This document shows, in pieces, positions 1 to 9,511 of a stretch of DNA of 64,000 bases. The stretch is from assembly GCA_016792845.1 (NCBI GenBank), contig JAEUKH010000054.1:131708-195707 (forward strand), written 5' to 3'. The first letter of the stretch is position 1. Every line of letters starts with the position of its first letter. The DNA is from Myxococcales bacterium. GTDB lineage: Bacteria > Myxococcota_A > Polyangia > Polyangiales > Ga0077539. Below the pieces are notes generated by a model. It did not search any database and was not told the DNA's origin. It saw only the letters and a program-made list of their open reading frames with translations. Both the position numbers and the translations under genes were made by a program.

Positions 1-1758
1 CTGCAAGCGACCCGCGTCGATGCCGTGCTCGGTGAGGTAGCGCACCACCGAGGCGGCGCGGCGGTTCGAGAGGTCGCGGTTGTGGGCGGCGGAGCCGCGG
101 TCGTCGGTGTGCCCCTGAACGTCGACGCTGGTGACCTGCGGCATCGCGCGCAGAATCGACACCACCGCGTCGAGGACGTGGAAGCTCTGCCCCCCCGTGA
201 TCACGTCGCTGTCGGTGCGAAAGTTCACCTGCTGAAGGATGCGAATCTGCGAGCCGTTCTGTTCGGCGAGGGCCACACCGTCGGGGCAGCCGTCTTCGTC
301 GTTGACGCCGTTGAAGGTCTCGGGCCGATCGGGGCACTGGTCGGGCCCGTCGGGCGGGTCGAGGATGTTGTCGTGGTCGGCGTCGAGGGCCGGGCACCCG
401 CGGCGCACCTGGCTCGGGCGCGGCCCCGCAGGCACGTCGACACACTGGTCGGCCGAGTCGAGCACGCCGTCGCTGTCGCGGTCACCCTCGGGGCAGCCGC
501 GTCGCGCGGGGTCGGGGTGCTCACCTTGCGGAACATCCACGCACTGGTCTTCGTGGTCGAGCACGCCGTCGGCGTCGCGATCGCCCGCGGGGCAACCGCG
601 TCGCGCGGGGTCGGGGTGGTCGCCCTGCGGCACGTCGGGGCACTGGTCGTCGGGGTCGAGCACGCCGTCGTGGTCGCGGTCGTTGAGGGGGCAGCCCCGG
701 CGCTCGGGGTCGGGGTAGTCGCCCTGCGGCACGTCGACGCACTGGTCGTCGGGGTCGAGCACGCCGTCGCCGTCGGTGTCGCGCGCGGTGCTGCGGTTCA
801 CCGGAGCCCACGCGAGGGTGAAGATGCCGCGGGCCGCGGGGATGCCGTAGCCGGGCTGAAACCCGACGCCGCCGCCCGCGCCGACGAGCACCTTGTCAGC
901 GATGAGGTAGTGGGCGCCCAAGAGGGCCTCGCCGCCCCAGTGGTCGGTCTCGAAGAGCGCGCTGCCGCCGCCGCCCTGCAACGGGCGGTCTGAGAGCGAG
1001 GTCATCACGTAGGCTTCGGGGCCGACGGTGAGGCGATCGTTGAGGGCGACCACGCCCACCGCCGCGGTGAGCCGCGCCTCGTGGCCGACGCCGAGGTTGT
1101 ACACGTCGAGGGCCCCGCGCAGCATCGCCGCAGCGCCCAATGACCAGCGAATCGGCCCGCCGCGGCCCGCGACGGTGAGCCGCGGCTCGACCCTGAAGCT
1201 GCCGTCGCCGGTGTTCGACTCGCGGCTCCCACTGGGGATGTACGCGTTCGCGCCGAAGTGCAAAGACACCGGGTCGCGGTCGGCGTGGTTGAAGAGCCGC
1301 ACGCGAAAGCCCACCCGGATGTCGCCGAGGCTCACGCTCTCGGCCGGCGCGACGGTGGCCGAGCCCACGGTCTCGGCGGTGCCGCGCTGCGAGAGCGAGA
1401 GCGGGAGCGAGACGTTGAGCCCCACGCGGTCGGCGAAGCTGTACGCGAGGCCGACGTGGCCGCTCAGCATGCCGCTGATCACCGCCGTGCGCTCGATGCG
1501 ACCGTCAGAGAAGGTCGACTGTTGCACCAGCGGGTTCGACGCGTAATCGAGATAAAACCCGACGGCGACGCGGCGCACCGAGGTCGTCCACGGGTGTTCG
1601 GCGATGAAGAAGGGGTCGCCCACCGGCGCGGGGTCGAAGCGGTTGAGGGCCCACCCTTGCGCCGTCTGCGCGCGGGCGTCTCGGGCCGTCGCGCCCATCA
1701 CCCCGAGGCTCGCGCACAGGGCCAGACTCGACAACCACGCACGATGCAACTTTCTCAC
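1..1758 (-). CDS. OmpA-family outer-membrane protein with thrombospondin type-3 (TSP3) repeats; C-terminus runs off the window start
   Basis: Absent from the ORF track because the frame stays open to base 1. Hand translation from GTG at 1758 gives a signal peptide, VRKLHRAWLSSLALCASLGVMGATARDARAQ. It is followed by 4-5 repeats of DxDxDGVLDxxDQCxDVPxGxxPDPxRRGCP (about 330-800). An OmpA-like end follows: QGHTDDRGSAAHNRDLSNRRAASVVRYLTEHGIDAGRLQ. No other minus-strand ORF shares this frame. Paralogue of 29544-31103. Confidence 0.85.
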   Translation of the reverse strand, partial: MRKLHRAWLSSLALCASLGVMGATARDARAQTAQGWALNRFDPAPVGDPFFIAEHPWTTSVRRVAVGFYLDYASNPLVQQSTFSDGRIERTAVISGMLSGHVGLAYSFADRVGLNVSLPLSLSQRGTAETVGSATVAPAESVSLGDIRVGFRVRLFNHADRDPVSLHFGANAYIPSGSRESNTGDGSFRVEPRLTVAGRGGPIRWSLGAAAMLRGALDVYNLGVGHEARLTAAVGVVALNDRLTVGPEAYVMTSLSDRPLQGGGGSALFETDHWGGEALLGAHYLIADKVLVGAGGGVGFQPGYGIPAARGIFTLAWAPVNRSTARDTDGDGVLDPDDQCVDVPQGDYPDPERRGCPLNDRDHDGVLDPDDQCPDVPQGDHPDPARRGCPAGDRDADGVLDHEDQCVDVPQGEHPDPARRGCPEGDRDSDGVLDSADQCVDVPAGPRPSQVRRGCPALDADHDNILDPPDGPDQCPDRPETFNGVNDEDGCPDGVALAEQNGSQIRILQQVNFRTDSDVITGGQSFHVLDAVVSILRAMPQVTSVDVQGHTDDRGSAAHNRDLSNRRAASVVRYLTEHGIDAGRLQ

Positions 1759-1923
1759 AGTGCCTCCAGAACGCGACATACGCGAAGCAATCACACACAG
1801 GGCCCGGCCCATCACGCGGGGGGCACAACGGGGCGCACGCTAAGCAGGTTTTGCGGCGCCTCGCAAGCGCCCAACGGCCCTCGCCTTCGTGTTCGTAAAA
1901 ATGGCGTACACTGCGGCCTCGTC

Positions 1924-3057
1924 ATGCTCTACGCGCCCGTCGACCGGCTCACCCACGACCACTCGTACTACCTTGTGTTTGGCTTGTTCGGGGTGGTGCT
2001 GGTCTTGGGCGTGGCGGCGCTGTGTGTGCTCGCGTGGTGGTCACGGGCGCAGGCCCGCGGGGCCGACGCGCAGGTCACGCCGATCGAGGCCTTCCGCGCG
2101 GGGCGTGTGCTCTTTGCGGGTGCGGTCGAGCTCGTGCCGGGCGAGCGCGACGCGCCGGTGCTCCTCACGTTGCAGCAGCACGGCGAGCAGCGACGCTCGA
2201 AGAACGGTCAGTTCGTGCTCTGGACCGAGACGGGCCGCTGGTACAAGACCCGGCCCTTCTACCTCAGGCTCGAAAACGGGGCCTTGGTGCGGGTCGAGCC
2301 CGGCAAGCGGGTCGACCTCGTCGACGCGCTGGAGCTGCCGACCCGCGACGCGCTGAGCGCCACCCGCACCCGCCACGCGCGGCTCGGCGCCGACGAGAAG
2401 GTCTGGCTCGGCGGCCACCTCTCGCTCGGCCTCGACCCGCTCGGCCTGGCCACCCAGGCCGCGCGGCCTGCGGGGTATCGCGAGGCGCCGCATCAGCATT
2501 GGGTGCTCAAGCCGAGCCCCGGGCGGCGGCTCTTCGCGTCGAGCGAGCCGGTGTCGAAGCGCTTCAACGACAACGCGAAATTCTACCTCGGGTGGGCCCT
2601 CGGGTGGCTCGCGCTCGGGGCGCTCATTCACGGCGTCGCCTTCCGCGAGTACCACCAATTGCGGCGCCACGGGGTCGATGCGATGGCCCAGGTGCTGAGC
2701 ACCGATCGCTATCAAACGCGCACCAAGAACGGATACGTGACCCACTACGTCGCCGTGGTGGCGTCGCCCTACGCGCCGTCACAGACGGTCCGCGAGGAGG
2801 TGAGCGCCGACGCGTGGGTGCGGCTCCAGGAGTCGCTCGCGTCGGTGCCCGTGGTGGTCGATCGGCGGCACCCGGAGTCGCTCCAGATCGGCGGGCGCCG
2901 CGAGCTCGGGAGCACCATCGTCGGGAGCCTCCTGGCGTACTTTGCCTTCTTCGTGGCCTTCGGGGGCATGCTCTACCACGGGTTTTGGCGGCGGCCCTGG
3001 TACACCCGCAAGAAGTTCAACGAGACCGAGCCGGGCTCGCTCTACGGGGGCGCGTGA
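1924..3057 (+). CDS. hypothetical membrane protein (N-terminal TM helix, soluble middle, C-terminal TM helices)
   Basis: ORF 1258-3057 trimmed to the in-frame ATG at 1924 (MLYAPVDRLTHDHSYYLVFGLFGVVLVLGVAALCVLAWW). The upstream extension overlaps the divergent OmpA gene and is Arg/Gly-rich. Hydrophobic segments lie at both ends. I recognise no family. Confidence 0.6.
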   Translation: MLYAPVDRLTHDHSYYLVFGLFGVVLVLGVAALCVLAWWSRAQARGADAQVTPIEAFRAGRVLFAGAVELVPGERDAPVLLTLQQHGEQRRSKNGQFVLWTETGRWYKTRPFYLRLENGALVRVEPGKRVDLVDALELPTRDALSATRTRHARLGADEKVWLGGHLSLGLDPLGLATQAARPAGYREAPHQHWVLKPSPGRRLFASSEPVSKRFNDNAKFYLGWALGWLALGALIHGVAFREYHQLRRHGVDAMAQVLSTDRYQTRTKNGYVTHYVAVVASPYAPSQTVREEVSADAWVRLQESLASVPVVVDRRHPESLQIGGRRELGSTIVGSLLAYFAFFVAFGGMLYHGFWRRPWYTRKKFNETEPGSLYGGA

Positions 3058-3197
3058 GGCGGCGGGAGGCTGCGTGCCGTCGGGTCTGCGCTTGACCGGG
3101 GGTGGTGCGGGCTCCTACGGTCGCCCCGGTCGCGCCTCCCATCGAGGCCACGCTGGCCTGTTGCGCAGGGTGGGGTGCGACTGAGCCAAACACCCCG

Positions 3198-5906
3198 ATG
3201 GACACCACGTTTAACGCTGGCATTCCCGCTTTTGGTACGTGGGTATTGTATGCGTTCTTGATCGCCGCGGCGGTCACTTTTGGGCTCTCGGTGCTGGCGG
3301 GCACGGCCACGGCGGGCACGGCGTCACGGTACCTTCGCGCGGCGCGGCTCGCGGCGTTGGGCACCTCGGCCCTCGTCGCGATGGACGTCTTGCTGCTCCT
3401 TTACGCCTTTCTCTCTCACGATTTTCGCATTCGGTACGTCGCCCACTACTCCGATCGGTCGATGCCGCTGCCGTACCTGATGGCGGCGCTTTGGGGCGGC
3501 CAAGACGGCTCGCTCCTTTGGTGGACCTTCCTCCTCTCTGCGTACACGACGGTGTGTGTGCTGTGGCTCAAGGGGCGGTACCGCGAGCTGGCGCCCTGGG
3601 TGATCGCGACGCTCATGGGGGTGATGCTGTTCTTCGGCGTCCTCATGGCCTTCGCGGCGAACCCGTTTGCGGCCACGTTTGGGGGCGCGCCGGTCGACGG
3701 TGACGGGCTGAACCCGTCGCTGCAAAACTTCTACATGGCCATCCACCCGCCGTCGCTCTACACGGGCTTTGTGGGCTGCGCGGTGCCCTTCGCCTTCGCC
3801 GTGGCCGCGCTGGTGACCGGCAGGCTCGACGAAGAGTGGGTCGTCGCGGTGCGGCGCTGGGTGCTCTTCGCGTGGATGTTTCTCTCGATCGGCAACATCC
3901 TCGGGATGCTCTGGGCCTACGAGGAGCTCGGCTGGGGCGGCTTCTGGGCCTGGGACCCCGTCGAGAACGCGGCCTGCCTCCCATGGTGGACCCTCACCGC
4001 GTACCTCCACTCGGTGATGACCCAAGAGCGCCGAGGCATCTTCAAGATCTGGAACGTCTCGCTCCTCCTCGGGAGCTTCTTTCTCACGATCTTCGGCACC
4101 TTTCTGACCCGCTCTGGGCTCATCGCGAGCGTGCACAGCTTCGCCCAGTCGGGCATCGGCATTTACTTCGTGTGGTTCATGGGCCTCTTGCTGCTCTTCT
4201 CGGTGGCCCTGGTGCTCTGGCGGCTGCCGAGGCTCCGCCGCCCGGTCGAGTTCGACAGCTTGCTCTCGCGCGAGGCCGCGTTCGTGGCCAACAACTGGCT
4301 CCTGCTCGGCATCTGCGTCTTCATCGCCCTGGCCACGGTCTGGCCCAAAGTCAGCGAAGCCGTGTGGAATGAGCGGCTCACCGTTGGGGCGAGCTTTTAC
4401 AACGCCTGGCTCGCGCCCCTCGGCCTCTTGCTCTTCGCGCTCATGGGCGTGGGCACCCTGACCCCGTGGCGCAAGGGCTCGAAGAAGCTCTTGCTCGAAG
4501 CCTTTCGCGGGCCCCTCGCGGTGGGCCTCACGGCGGGCGTCTTGCACGCGCTGGTGGGCCATCGCTTCGCGATGCCCGCGGTGGTGACCCTCGAACCCAT
4601 CTACGACCAGACCACCGCCATCAGGCTCGGCGGCCTCACCCTCGGGCACCTCAACGTGGGCCGGGGCCTGGCCTGGTTCGACGGTCATTTGCCGCCCTTC
4701 GTGACCGCGGTGACGGCCTTCAACATCGCCACCCTCGTGCAAGAGTTCGTGCGCGGCACCCTCGCCCGGATGCGCTCGAAGCAAGAGCCCGCCCCGGTGG
4801 CCCTCGCGCAGCTGGTCTCGCGCAACCGCCGTCGGTACGGCGGGTACATCGTTCACCTCGGCTTCTCGATGATGATGCTGGGCTTCCTCGGGGCCGCGTT
4901 TCGGCAAGAGGCCGAGGCCACCATCGCGCCGGGCGAGCGCTTCACCGTGGGCCGTTACACCCTGCGGTACGACGGCACCGAGACCCGACGCGACCCGAAC
5001 AAGCGCGAGGTCTTCGCCAATGTCACCCTGTTTCGCGGCGCCGACGAGATCGGTCGGGCTCACCCCGCCCGCTTCATTTACAGCACGCACCCCGAGATGC
5101 CGACCACCGAGGTGAGCATCACCACGACCTTGCGCGAAGACATCTACCTCGTAATGGCCACGGTCGACGCCAACACCCGGGTCGCGCACCTCAAGGCGTA
5201 CGTCAACCCGCTCACGGTGTGGCTCTGGCTCGGGGGCCTCGTGCTCGTCGCAGGGGTGCTCGTGGCGATGTGGCCCGACGCCAGCCGCGAGGCCGCGCTG
5301 GCCTTCGCGGGGCGCGACCGAGACGAGCCCGCAAGGCCCGCAAAGAAGGGCCCCGGCGCGACCGAGGCGGCGGCCCTGGTCGCGCTCTCGCTCGCGGCGC
5401 TCCTGGCCGCGCCGGGTGAGGCCCTCGCGCAGCCGCAGCCGAGACACACCGGCTCGTCGCCCATGACGGTGGGCGTCGCCGAGCGCTTCTCGCCCGAAGA
5501 GCACAGGCTCTTTGATCACCTGCTCTGCATGTGCGGCGACTGCGATCGGCTCCCCCTCGCGACCTGCTCGTGCGATTTCGCGGCGGCGCAGCGCAACCGC
5601 ATGCGCGAGCGGCTCGGGCGCGGCGAGCCCGCCCAATCGATCATCGACGCGTATGTGGCCCGGTACGGCCCCGCGGCGCTCACGGTGCCGCCCGACCGGG
5701 GGCACAACAAGGCCCTCTACATCGTGCCCGTGGCGGCCCTCATCGCCGCAGGGGTGGGCGCCTTCGCGATGGTCAAGCGATGGAGCCGCAGGGCGCAGTC
5801 AGACACCCAAGACGCCGCCAAGGCGGCGAGCGCGAATCCCGTCGACCCGGCACAAACCAGCTACGACGCCCGCATCGAGGAGGAACTCCGTGGCCTCGAC
5901 GATTGA
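3198..5906 (+). CDS. ccmF: cytochrome c-type biogenesis heme lyase CcmF fused to a CcmH-like C-terminal domain
   Basis: ORF 3102-5906 with ATG at 3198 (MDTTFNAGIPAFGTWVLY). It is a polytopic membrane protein with the CcmF tryptophan-rich signature WGGFWAWDPVENAACLPWWTLTAYLHS. The C-terminal 150 aa contain LLCMCGDCDRLPLATCSCDFAAAQRNRMRERL plus a TM helix, as in CcmH. Confidence 0.9.
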   Translation: MDTTFNAGIPAFGTWVLYAFLIAAAVTFGLSVLAGTATAGTASRYLRAARLAALGTSALVAMDVLLLLYAFLSHDFRIRYVAHYSDRSMPLPYLMAALWGGQDGSLLWWTFLLSAYTTVCVLWLKGRYRELAPWVIATLMGVMLFFGVLMAFAANPFAATFGGAPVDGDGLNPSLQNFYMAIHPPSLYTGFVGCAVPFAFAVAALVTGRLDEEWVVAVRRWVLFAWMFLSIGNILGMLWAYEELGWGGFWAWDPVENAACLPWWTLTAYLHSVMTQERRGIFKIWNVSLLLGSFFLTIFGTFLTRSGLIASVHSFAQSGIGIYFVWFMGLLLLFSVALVLWRLPRLRRPVEFDSLLSREAAFVANNWLLLGICVFIALATVWPKVSEAVWNERLTVGASFYNAWLAPLGLLLFALMGVGTLTPWRKGSKKLLLEAFRGPLAVGLTAGVLHALVGHRFAMPAVVTLEPIYDQTTAIRLGGLTLGHLNVGRGLAWFDGHLPPFVTAVTAFNIATLVQEFVRGTLARMRSKQEPAPVALAQLVSRNRRRYGGYIVHLGFSMMMLGFLGAAFRQEAEATIAPGERFTVGRYTLRYDGTETRRDPNKREVFANVTLFRGADEIGRAHPARFIYSTHPEMPTTEVSITTTLREDIYLVMATVDANTRVAHLKAYVNPLTVWLWLGGLVLVAGVLVAMWPDASREAALAFAGRDRDEPARPAKKGPGATEAAALVALSLAALLAAPGEALAQPQPRHTGSSPMTVGVAERFSPEEHRLFDHLLCMCGDCDRLPLATCSCDFAAAQRNRMRERLGRGEPAQSIIDAYVARYGPAALTVPPDRGHNKALYIVPVAALIAAGVGAFAMVKRWSRRAQSDTQDAAKAASANPVDPAQTSYDARIEEELRGLDD

Positions 5907-6549
5907 CCCGCTCCGTCAGTGGATCGCCCGCCACGCGGCGCTCTCGGGGGCCCTCGCGATGCTGGCCGTGGCGAGCGTTCTGGCCCTGCTCCGGGGCGCG
6001 CCGTCGGGCGTGCTCTGGGTCGCCTTCGGCGCCCTCGCCGCGGCGGTGATGCTCTTCTGGGAGGCCCTGCGCCTCGTGCTCGACCCCAGCGCCTCGGGCG
6101 ACGACGGCGACGACGACCAGGAGGCCCGCAGCACCGCGGCCCTCGAAGCCCGCAAGCGCGCGGCCCTGAGGGCGATCAAAGACCTCCAGTTTGAGCGCTC
6201 CCTTGAGCGCATCACCGAAGAAGACTTCGAGGCCCTGTCGTCGAAGTATCGCGCCGAGGCTCGGGCCGCGATGGAGGCCCTCGACCTCAGCCTCGGCGCC
6301 TGGCGGGTGCGCGCCGAGGCGATGCTGAAGCAGGCCGAAGGTGACGGCCTCGACGCCCTCAGGGCCGAGGTCGCCGCGCGCCCGGGCGAGTCTGCCGCGC
6401 CTCCGACTGAGTCTGACTCAGTCAACGCCGCGGCGGCCCCGGTCGGGCAGCAGACGTGCCCGCAGTGCGCTGCGGCCAACGACGACGATGCGGTGTTCTG
6501 TAAGAAGTGTGCGGCGCGACTCGCGCCCGAGGCGCAGGCCGATGCGTAA
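5890..6549 (+). CDS. hypothetical membrane protein with coiled-coil and C-terminal zinc-ribbon
   Basis: ORF 5512-6549 trimmed to GTG at 5890, which overlaps the ccmF end by 17 nt. It has two TM helices (LSGALAMLAVASVLALL, VLWVAFGALAAAVMLFW) and a charged helical region. It ends in CPQCAAANDDDAVFCKKC. Confidence 0.6.
   Translation: MASTIDPLRQWIARHAALSGALAMLAVASVLALLRGAPSGVLWVAFGALAAAVMLFWEALRLVLDPSASGDDGDDDQEARSTAALEARKRAALRAIKDLQFERSLERITEEDFEALSSKYRAEARAAMEALDLSLGAWRVRAEAMLKQAEGDGLDALRAEVAARPGESAAPPTESDSVNAAAAPVGQQTCPQCAAANDDDAVFCKKCAARLAPEAQADA
6405..6423. repeat. palindrome family A, copy A1: GACTGAGTCTGACTCAGTC (9-bp arms)
   Basis: Read directly. Lies inside CDS 5890-6549 and is read as T-E-S-D-S-V. 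Confidence 0.9.
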
Positions 6550-7900
6550 CCGGGTCACGGTCTTGGTGTTGCTCTTGGGGCTCGGGGCGGGTCGCACCGC
6601 CGCGGCCCAACACGACGCCGCGAGCGCTCTCGGAGATGCCAGCGTCGAGGCCCCGCACCCGGGGCCCGTCGACCCGCACGCGGCGCTTCCGCCGGGGCAC
6701 CCGCCGACCGCGGCAGACCCGCACGCCGGGGCTGAGATTCAGCGCGCGGCGGTGCCTCAGACCTTCGCCGAGGAGGCTCCGGGGCTCGCGCCCGGGGTCG
6801 TGCTCGTGCGGGTGGTGAACGCCGCCGGAGACCCCCAACCCGAGGCACTGGTGCGCCTCGGCGCGATGCGCGACGGCGACCGTGACACGCCCCGCGAGGC
6901 GCGCACCGACAACAACGGCGTGGCGCGCTTCGAGGGCCTCGACCGGGGCTCGGGCATCGCGTACCGGGCCAGCACCGAGCGAGAGGGCGCGCGCTTTGGG
7001 GCCATGCCCTTTCAGCTCGGGGCCCGGTCAGGGTACCGGGTTCAGCTCGTGCGGCACGAGGTCGAGCACGGGGGGCGCGCGGTGCTCCTCTGGGATGCGC
7101 GGGTTGAGCTTCGCTTCAAAGACGATCGCATCGTGGTGGTGCATCGGTATCGCGTCGCCAACCTGTCGGGGCTCGCGCTGCCCGGAGACCCGCCGCACCC
7201 GACGGCCTATGTGCCGCAGCCGGGCCTGCGCTTCGGCCTCCCCGCGGGGTACACGGCCTTTCAAGCGGCCCCCTCGATGGACGACCTCCGCCTCAACGCG
7301 GAGGGCGACGTGGCCATCCTGCAAGGCAGCGTCGCGCCCACCGTCGATCAGCCCGTCGAGGTGACCTGGCAGTACCACGTGCCCATCCGCGGCGGAGACG
7401 TCTCGCTTGAGATGTCGCTGCCCCTCCCGCTGGTGAACGCCACCCTCGCGAGCGAGGCGCCGCGCGGGCTCAGCATGGAGGTCGAGGGCATGCCCGCCGC
7501 CGAGCGCCGGGTCTCTCAGGGCGAGAACATTCTCATCACCGGGGTGAACCGTCAGCCGAACGACCCCGCGGTGCGTTCGTTTCGCATTCACCTCCGGGGC
7601 ATCCCTGCGGCGGCGGGGCCTGAGCGCACGGTGGCCGCGGTGATCGCCGGGGCGCTGGTGCTCGGGGCGCTCGGGCTCGCGGTGCGGCGTCGCAAGGCGC
7701 CGGGCGGGGGCCGAGACCGGGCCGAGCTCGAAGCCGAGCGCGACCGCATCCTGGCCGAGATGCGCGCGCTGGTGGGGCTCCGCGAGACCGGCGAGGTGGG
7801 CCCTGAGACCTACGCCCGCCGTCGGCGCGAGCTGGCCCTGTGGCTCGCCGCGACCCTCCGCGCCCTCGACCCTGACGCCGCCCCGTCGCCCTCGGCGTGA
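6542..7900 (+). CDS. hypothetical secreted protein with a C-terminal TM anchor (carboxypeptidase-regulatory-like beta-sandwich region)
   Basis: ORF 6341-7900 trimmed to ATG at 6542, which overlaps the previous stop by 8 nt. Signal peptide MRNRVTVLVLLLGLGAGRTAAAQ. A VVLVRVVNAAGDPQPEALVRL...TDNNGVARFEGLD segment follows. TM helix AAVIAGALVLGALGLAV precedes RRRK. Confidence 0.65.
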   Translation: MRNRVTVLVLLLGLGAGRTAAAQHDAASALGDASVEAPHPGPVDPHAALPPGHPPTAADPHAGAEIQRAAVPQTFAEEAPGLAPGVVLVRVVNAAGDPQPEALVRLGAMRDGDRDTPREARTDNNGVARFEGLDRGSGIAYRASTEREGARFGAMPFQLGARSGYRVQLVRHEVEHGGRAVLLWDARVELRFKDDRIVVVHRYRVANLSGLALPGDPPHPTAYVPQPGLRFGLPAGYTAFQAAPSMDDLRLNAEGDVAILQGSVAPTVDQPVEVTWQYHVPIRGGDVSLEMSLPLPLVNATLASEAPRGLSMEVEGMPAAERRVSQGENILITGVNRQPNDPAVRSFRIHLRGIPAAAGPERTVAAVIAGALVLGALGLAVRRRKAPGGGRDRAELEAERDRILAEMRALVGLRETGEVGPETYARRRRELALWLAATLRALDPDAAPSPSA

Positions 7901-7950
7901 GGGCGATCGCGGGCACCCGAGACCCTGTCATCGTGCATCGAAGAGACTCC

Positions 7951-8604
7951 ATGCGTTACGCCCTCGCCTCACTCCTTCTGGTCACTCTGGGTTGTTCTCG
8001 CGGCACCGGGCCTGCGGCCTCTGGGGGCGGCGCCGTGCCAGAGGCGCCCTCGCCGGTGACCCCGCGGTCGGAGATCCCGAGTCAGACTCAGCTGCCGACC
8101 ACCACCGGCGCGGCGGCGCCCTCGTTGACCGTCGACAGCCCCGCCCGCGACGCGCTCTTGCCCGAAGGCGCGCCGGCGCCGAGCTTCGTGGGGGTGACCC
8201 ACACGGGCGTCACGGTGATGGCCAACGGCGGCCCGCGCGAGCGCGTCTTGGTGGTGTATTTCTACCCTCGCGACGAGACCCCGGGGTGCACCGCCGAGGC
8301 CTGCGCGTTTCGTGACGCCTTCGCGGGCTATGCCGACGCGGGGGCCGACCTCGTGGGGGTGAGCACCGACTCGGCCGAGGCGCATCGACAGTTCGCGTCG
8401 CACCATCGCTTGCCCTTCGGGCTCATCGCCGACCCCGAGGCGCGGCTCGCGCGGGCCTTCGGTCTCGCGGTCGAGCCGGGCGGCTTCACCCCGCGTACGA
8501 CCTTTGTGATCGGCCGCAGCGGGCGCGTGGCGAGGGTCTTCCCCGGGGTGCAGGTGACGGGGCACTCGGCCGAGGTGCTCGCCGCGGTGCGGGCCGCGCA
8601 CTGA
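7951..8604 (+). CDS. bcp: thiol peroxidase / peroxiredoxin Bcp, lipoprotein form
   Basis: ORF 7897-8604 with ATG at 7951. Lipobox MRYALASLLLVTLGC. Bcp core VLVVYFYPRDETPGCTAEACAFRD...GVSTDSAEAHRQFASHHRLPFGLIADP. Confidence 0.85.
   Translation: MRYALASLLLVTLGCSRGTGPAASGGGAVPEAPSPVTPRSEIPSQTQLPTTTGAAAPSLTVDSPARDALLPEGAPAPSFVGVTHTGVTVMANGGPRERVLVVYFYPRDETPGCTAEACAFRDAFAGYADAGADLVGVSTDSAEAHRQFASHHRLPFGLIADPEARLARAFGLAVEPGGFTPRTTFVIGRSGRVARVFPGVQVTGHSAEVLAAVRAAH
8077..8091. repeat. palindrome family A, copy A2 (reverse complement CTGAGTCTGACTCGG; core GAGTCAGACTC)
   Basis: Read directly. Lies in the linker of the bcp lipoprotein and is read as P-S-Q-T-Q. Confidence 0.8.
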
Positions 8605-8626
8605 GCGCCTTCACGGAGCGTGCGTC

Positions 8627-9484
8627 ATGGCGGGCATTGTTCGAACACCGCGGCGCCCTGAGGGGTGGGTCGCGCCGGGGCCGCGGCCGCGGGGTGCGAT
8701 GGGCGACCCGAGCCTCGCGCCCGCCGACGACGAAGACCTCTGCCTGCTCACGGGCGAGTGGCGCATTTTTCAGAAGCTCCGCGGCCACCGCTGGTCGATG
8801 GACGACCTCGTCACCGCATGGATCGCCCAGGCGAGCGTCGACCCCGGCGCGGTGAGGCGCACCCTCGACCTCGGCTGCGGCATCGGCTCGGTGCTTCTCA
8901 TGACGGCGTGGCGCTTCGCGGAGGCCCAGTGTGTGGGCATCGAGGCCCAAGACGTGAGCTTCGCGATGGCCGCACGGAGCGTCCGATACAACGGCGTCGA
9001 TGACAGGGTGCGGGTGCTTCACGGCGATTTTCGCGGGCCTGTGGGGCTCGACCCAAACCCTGGCTTTGACCTGGTGACGGGCACGCCGCCGTACTTTCCG
9101 CCGGGCACCGGGGTGGAGTCGGGCAAGGTCCAGTGCAGCCCGTGCCGCTTCGAGCACCGGGGCGGCATCGAAGACTACTGCGACGCCGCCGCGCGCTGCC
9201 TCGCCGAGACGGGCACCTTCGTCGTGTGCGGCGCCGCGGGCGAGCACCCGAGGGCCTTGGCCGGGTGCGACCGCGCGGGCCTGAAGCTCAGGGCCTTCTG
9301 GCGGGTGGTGCCCAAGGCCGGGGCGGCCCCGTTGGTGGGCGTCTGGGTCATCGACCGCCGCCACCGCGGGCCCCACGCCGAACACACCCTCACCGTGCGC
9401 GACCCGCACCAACAGTGGACGCCAGACTTCCTCGCGCTGAGGGCCGACATGGGGCTGCCGCCGCCGCTCCGGCGCCCCGGCTGA
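8627..9484 (+). CDS. class I SAM-dependent methyltransferase, TrmN6/YfiC-like (N6-adenine type motif IV)
   Basis: Contains WRIFQKLRGHRWSMDDLV, the SAM motif LDLGCGIGSVLLM and the catalytic-type motif DLVTGTPPYF. The start is uncertain (ATG 8627 or 8699). Confidence 0.8.
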   Translation: MAGIVRTPRRPEGWVAPGPRPRGAMGDPSLAPADDEDLCLLTGEWRIFQKLRGHRWSMDDLVTAWIAQASVDPGAVRRTLDLGCGIGSVLLMTAWRFAEAQCVGIEAQDVSFAMAARSVRYNGVDDRVRVLHGDFRGPVGLDPNPGFDLVTGTPPYFPPGTGVESGKVQCSPCRFEHRGGIEDYCDAAARCLAETGTFVVCGAAGEHPRALAGCDRAGLKLRAFWRVVPKAGAAPLVGVWVIDRRHRGPHAEHTLTVRDPHQQWTPDFLALRADMGLPPPLRRPG

Positions 9485-9495
9485 GTCTGACTCAA
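9481..9495. repeat. palindrome family A, copy A3: CTGAGTCTGACTCAA, with flank AGAATGT
   Basis: Read directly. Its TGA (9482-9484) is the stop codon of CDS 8627-9484. Confidence 0.9.
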
Positions 9496-9511
9496 GAATG
9501 TGACCGCGCGG

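Noticed and set aside
25-993. 322-aa plus-strand ORF (and minus-strand ORFs 225-536, 521-811) over the window start
   Set aside because: It is the antisense shadow of the TSP3-repeat OmpA gene. The translation is Val/Gly/Ala/Arg-rich with no motif. The minus-strand frame ending at base 1 gives a clean OmpA/TSP3 protein.
1258-1923. 5' extensions of track ORFs (1258-3057, 10161-11501, 13726-15639, 19284-20720, 52764-54332, 53399-54904, 59967-61202, 60899-62587 and others)
   Set aside because: The track reports the longest ORF. These extensions overlap neighbouring genes and are Arg/Pro-rich. They precede in-frame starts that give proper signal peptides, lipoboxes, 4-nt coupled overlaps or conserved N-termini.
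3324-5705. 793-aa minus-strand ORF opposite ccmF
   Set aside because: An Arg/Glu/Pro/Gly-rich mirror ORF, typical of high-GC DNA. The plus strand carries unmistakable CcmF motifs.
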